A stretch of 61,383 nucleotides of DNA, taken from positions 1 to 61,383 of the forward strand of contig CAZYCQ010000005.1 of NCBI GenBank assembly GCA_964645535.1. Reading direction: 5' to 3'. Of the stretch, positions 58,148 through 61,383 are shown piece after piece. The notes beneath the pieces are model-generated. The model ran no database searches. It was not told the origin of the DNA and saw nothing but the letters and a program-made list of their open reading frames with translations. A program made the position numbers and the translations under genes. Every line of letters begins with the position of its first letter. Position 1 is the stretch's first letter. Source of the stretch: an uncultured archaeon (lineage in GTDB: Archaea; Asgardarchaeota; Heimdallarchaeia; Heimdallarchaeales; Kariarchaeaceae).

Positions 58148-59826
58148 ATTCGTTCCTCCAGTAGATGTGCAATATTGTCAATAATTTGCTTTTGCCGTTC
58201 ATTATCTTTTTGGGAATCCGTGATGATCTCTATGAGTGAATTCGGTCTTATTGTTTCTGGACTTGGGATGTCAGATTCTATCTTATGGTATTTCATCCCA
58301 AAGAAATCTGCCACTTTTGCAAAGGTGAATTCATGTGGTGTCAAAAAGAATTGATGGAATTCCTTTTCTTTGGAAATGGGTAATCTTCTGAATATTCCCC
58401 CTCCATGATTGTTCAACACAATCACGGTCAATTTTCTCTTTTCTTTTGAGCTCAAGGCATTCAAGTCATGGATGAACGTTAAATCCCCTACAATTGCAAC
58501 AACTTCTTTTTGCAATCCCTTTGCTATGCCTAATGCAGTTGAAATATTCCCGTCAATTCCACTGACCCCTCTGTTCCCATAAATTGCCGCCTTGCAATCT
58601 ATTGCGTAAGTCATGGCATGGCGGACGATCAGACTATTTCCTAAAAAGACGACATTATTTTCATTCAATGAATTGAGAAGGTTCCCAACGATAATTCCTT
58701 CAATCCTTTCCCTTCCTATGATTTGCTTCAGTTGCTCTTTTGCCACGTTATTGATTTCTTCAACTTTCTTGAACCAATGTCCTAAAGGTTTTGGCTCAAC
58801 TCGCTCAATAATCTTATTGAAAAAGATGTTTGGGGATGCATTGAAAAAATAATGCATTTTGAGATGGTCATCATGCAACCTCAGGGATTCTGATATCTGG
58901 ATTGAAACAGCTTCCGTTTCTTCTAAAAATCTTCCCATTTGCTTCCCAATCGGAACTTTTCCGATACGGATAATCAAATCAGGTTGCAATGCCTCTCTGA
59001 CCTTCTTGCTTGCAAGAAAAATCTCATGGGCAGTAATCTTTCTACCAGAAAGAATGTCTGAAATTATTGGAATGCCCATGATTTTAGAAAACCTGTTTGC
59101 TATTTTCATGTCAATTGCTCTCCAGGCATTCGGTCCCAAAATCATTAGTGGTCTTTCTGCTTCTGAAATCAATCGAATGGCTAAATTGATTTGGTCTTCT
59201 GAAGGACTAAGATGTCCCATTGTTATTTGCACTTGTTTCTTTTTGATCTCATCCGTCTTTTCTTCTTTCAATGGCTCCAACGGTTTTCTGAATGGAAAAT
59301 TGAAATGAACGGGACCTTGTGGATGTTGAATGGAATGGGCAATGCCCATGGCCGCTTTCATTCGTATGAAGTCCCTTAATTTCCCTTCTGTCAACCATTG
59401 GGGATTGTCGGCAATTGGCATTTCAACGAATTTCTTGACAAATTTTCCGAAAATATCCTTCTGGTTCATTGTCTGGTTTGCACCACTGTCTTGCAGTTCA
59501 AAGGGTCGGTCTGCGCTAAGTATCAACATTGGGATTTCCGATTGTGATGCCTCAGCAACAGCAGGAAAGTAGTTGGCGACCGCAGAGCCAGAGGTACAAA
59601 CTAAAACGGTTGGTCTTCCCGTTGCCAAAGCGCACCCCAGTGCCTGAAACGCCGCACTTCTCTCATCATAAACCATGTTTATCGAAGAAAACTTTTCTGC
59701 ATTTCTGGCGAATGCCAAGGTCAAGGGAGTGGAACGTGATCCTGGTGAAATATAGATGTGTCTTATCCCTCCCAAAAAGAGGGTTTGAACGAATGTTTCC
59801 GCAATGATTGAATTATATGTTTTCAT
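58144..59826 (-). CDS. menD: SEPHCHC synthase MenD
   Basis: SPGSRSTPL, DERSAAF, TSGSA, ADRP, NRGVSGIDG and GD...NNHGGGIF motifs. ATG 59826 overlaps the menF stop and has SD GGAGG. Confidence 0.93.
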   Translation of the reverse strand: MKTYNSIIAETFVQTLFLGGIRHIYISPGSRSTPLTLAFARNAEKFSSINMVYDERSAAFQALGCALATGRPTVLVCTSGSAVANYFPAVAEASQSEIPMLILSADRPFELQDSGANQTMNQKDIFGKFVKKFVEMPIADNPQWLTEGKLRDFIRMKAAMGIAHSIQHPQGPVHFNFPFRKPLEPLKEEKTDEIKKKQVQITMGHLSPSEDQINLAIRLISEAERPLMILGPNAWRAIDMKIANRFSKIMGIPIISDILSGRKITAHEIFLASKKVREALQPDLIIRIGKVPIGKQMGRFLEETEAVSIQISESLRLHDDHLKMHYFFNASPNIFFNKIIERVEPKPLGHWFKKVEEINNVAKEQLKQIIGRERIEGIIVGNLLNSLNENNVVFLGNSLIVRHAMTYAIDCKAAIYGNRGVSGIDGNISTALGIAKGLQKEVVAIVGDLTFIHDLNALSSKEKRKLTVIVLNNHGGGIFRRLPISKEKEFHQFFLTPHEFTFAKVADFFGMKYHKIESDIPSPETIRPNSLIEIITDSQKDNERQKQIIDNIAHLLEERI

Positions 59827-61115
59827 TTTTCCACCTCCGTAAGAACAAGGGAATTGAGCACTGGTTGAAACTTGCTTTCCGTTTCTTCCCATTCACTCAC
59901 GGGTTCTGATCCGTCCACAATCCCTGCCCCTGCAAAAACCCAAATTATGTCATGGTTTATCAATGCACATCTCAGGGCAACGCGAAGGTCAAAATCACCT
60001 TGATGATCAACCCATCCAAGAAGTCCTGTGTACCACCCCCTGCTCCATTTTTCCATTGATCGAATCTTGCTTATTGCAATGTCCCTTGGACGCCCTCCAA
60101 CAGCTGGTGTTGGATGAAGGACTTTGATCAATTCATACCAGGGGATGTCTGATTTCAAAATTGATCGGATGGGTGTGTGTAAATGGAACACATTTTTCAA
60201 ACGCAGTATTTCTGGCTGTGAAATGGTTTGTTGTTTACTGACCTTTTTTAATTGCTCAACAATGCTTTCAACAACAATCTTGTGTTCGTCAGTCAATTTT
60301 TTTGTCCCAAGCAAAAGGTTTCTGGCTTGTTGCTCTCCTTCTGATACTGGCACCGTTCCCGCAAGAGCCATTGTCTGGAATACTTCCCCTTCCTTTTTTC
60401 CAAGGGTCTCTGGGGTGGATCCAAAAAATGTATGTTCTTTATCCAATGAGATAAGAAATGTTAGACATTTTGGATAGTTTTCATGGAGGGAAAGAAATGT
60501 CTTGGCAAGGTCAATCTGTTTTCCTTTTGGTATTGTTGATGATTTTGCACGGGCAAGAACTATTTTTTGGTATTTGTTTGCTTTGATGTCTTCAATGGCT
60601 TCAGTAACCAGTCTTTTCCAATCTTCTTCCATAGGGATATCTTGAAAATGCAATTTTTCTTCTGACTTTGAATCTCCTATCTCAACAACGGTCTCTCTCA
60701 ACAGTTTATCCATCATCATATGTGCTTCTGTTTCGTTTTCAGCCCATTTTATTGTCACTTTCCCATTATCCCATTCGAATTGCCATTGGGGGAGAACCAT
60801 TATTGAAGGGGGTAGACCTTCCCATATGGTTCCTTCCACGGAAAAATCAAAAGGTAACACGCCAAATATCTGAAATGGTCTTTCGTACTTCTTTTTGAGT
60901 TTTTCAATAAATTCATTGACCATGAGAAGGGAACGAGGATACTTTCTCTCATTTGCACCGAGGGCAATTTGGATTCTCTCTTCTTCAATGTATATGATTT
61001 TGGGATAAATGGGTGACTTTAATATTGCCTGGATCACTTGGGATTTTGGGATATTGGAAAAACTATCTTGATTGGAATTATGTCCAGACAAACCTACTCT
61101 TGGGCGGATTGTCAC
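59823..61115 (-). CDS. menF: Isochorismate synthase MenF
   Basis: KIVLAR, GSTPE, ALAGT, EH, LHPTPAVGG, RGWY and AGAGIV...EWEE motifs. Confidence 0.9.
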   Translation of the reverse strand: MTIRPRVGLSGHNSNQDSFSNIPKSQVIQAILKSPIYPKIIYIEEERIQIALGANERKYPRSLLMVNEFIEKLKKKYERPFQIFGVLPFDFSVEGTIWEGLPPSIMVLPQWQFEWDNGKVTIKWAENETEAHMMMDKLLRETVVEIGDSKSEEKLHFQDIPMEEDWKRLVTEAIEDIKANKYQKIVLARAKSSTIPKGKQIDLAKTFLSLHENYPKCLTFLISLDKEHTFFGSTPETLGKKEGEVFQTMALAGTVPVSEGEQQARNLLLGTKKLTDEHKIVVESIVEQLKKVSKQQTISQPEILRLKNVFHLHTPIRSILKSDIPWYELIKVLHPTPAVGGRPRDIAISKIRSMEKWSRGWYTGLLGWVDHQGDFDLRVALRCALINHDIIWVFAGAGIVDGSEPVSEWEETESKFQPVLNSLVLTEVEK

Positions 61116-61199
61116 AAATTAAGCCTTGTTGTACTTTTTGGGCGGAATGCTGCCATTCACGATGTCCAAACTTTTATTTTTGCCCAAAGAAATCATAGG

Positions 61200-61383
61200 G
61201 TGTTGAAAAAGCCTGTTCGGACCTTGTTCTTGCTATGTTTACTTGTCTTCTTCTCAATTCCCCAAACTGCGGGACAAACCACTACTGATTCTCACTTCTC
61301 CCAAATTCAAAGCACAACTACTTCAATTGGATTGTCTGATTTCAAAGATATTGCACTCTTTGACTCGGAATTATATGTTGCAG
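61200..61383 (+). CDS. 3'-truncated secreted protein
   Basis: Open frame from GTG/TTG to the window end: (M)LKKPVRTLFLLCLLVFFSIPQTAG..., a signal peptide pattern. Confidence 0.55.
   Translation, partial: MLKKPVRTLFLLCLLVFFSIPQTAGQTTTDSHFSQIQSTTTSIGLSDFKDIALFDSELYVA

Noticed and set aside
1-61383. tRNA, rRNA, CRISPR array, transposase, integrase or selenocysteine readthrough
   Set aside because: None was recognisable by eye; intergenic gaps are short and no gene needed an internal TGA. tRNAscan-SE or Infernal would be needed to exclude small RNAs.

Overview
A gene-dense archaeal chromosome segment of about 55 CDSs, with no recognisable rRNA, tRNA, CRISPR array or mobile element. Archaeal core genes include uS15, Nop10, eIF2-alpha, KsgA/Dim1, HemK2, a METTL5-like methylase, RadA, TyrRS, DGGGP synthase and TrmB/Phr regulators. 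These occur with a Rab-like GTPase, a longin-like protein, and LRR, Sel1 and HEAT proteins, which points to an Asgard archaeon, probably Heimdallarchaeia-like (inference). Metabolic genes suggest a heterotroph: TldD/TldE, an ABC exporter pair, acyl-CoA dehydrogenase and ligase, aldehyde dehydrogenase, NadB, MenF/MenD and MTA salvage. The most striking item is a signal-peptide-bearing protein with two peptidoglycan-binding domains and a MepA-like endopeptidase domain, in an organism that should lack peptidoglycan. A secreted subtilase with inverted domain order has similar upstream motifs, suggesting a possible bacteria-lysing or scavenging regulon. Other highlights are a hairpin before rps15 that mimics the uS15 rRNA site, a catalytically dead RecJ/Cdc45-like protein, an opisthokont-like TyrRS, a RadA with duplicated HhH domains, a fungal-type methyltransferase, a SHOCT-bactofilin fusion and a probable ATA start codon. 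All family assignments come from motif recognition by eye; no database searches were run.
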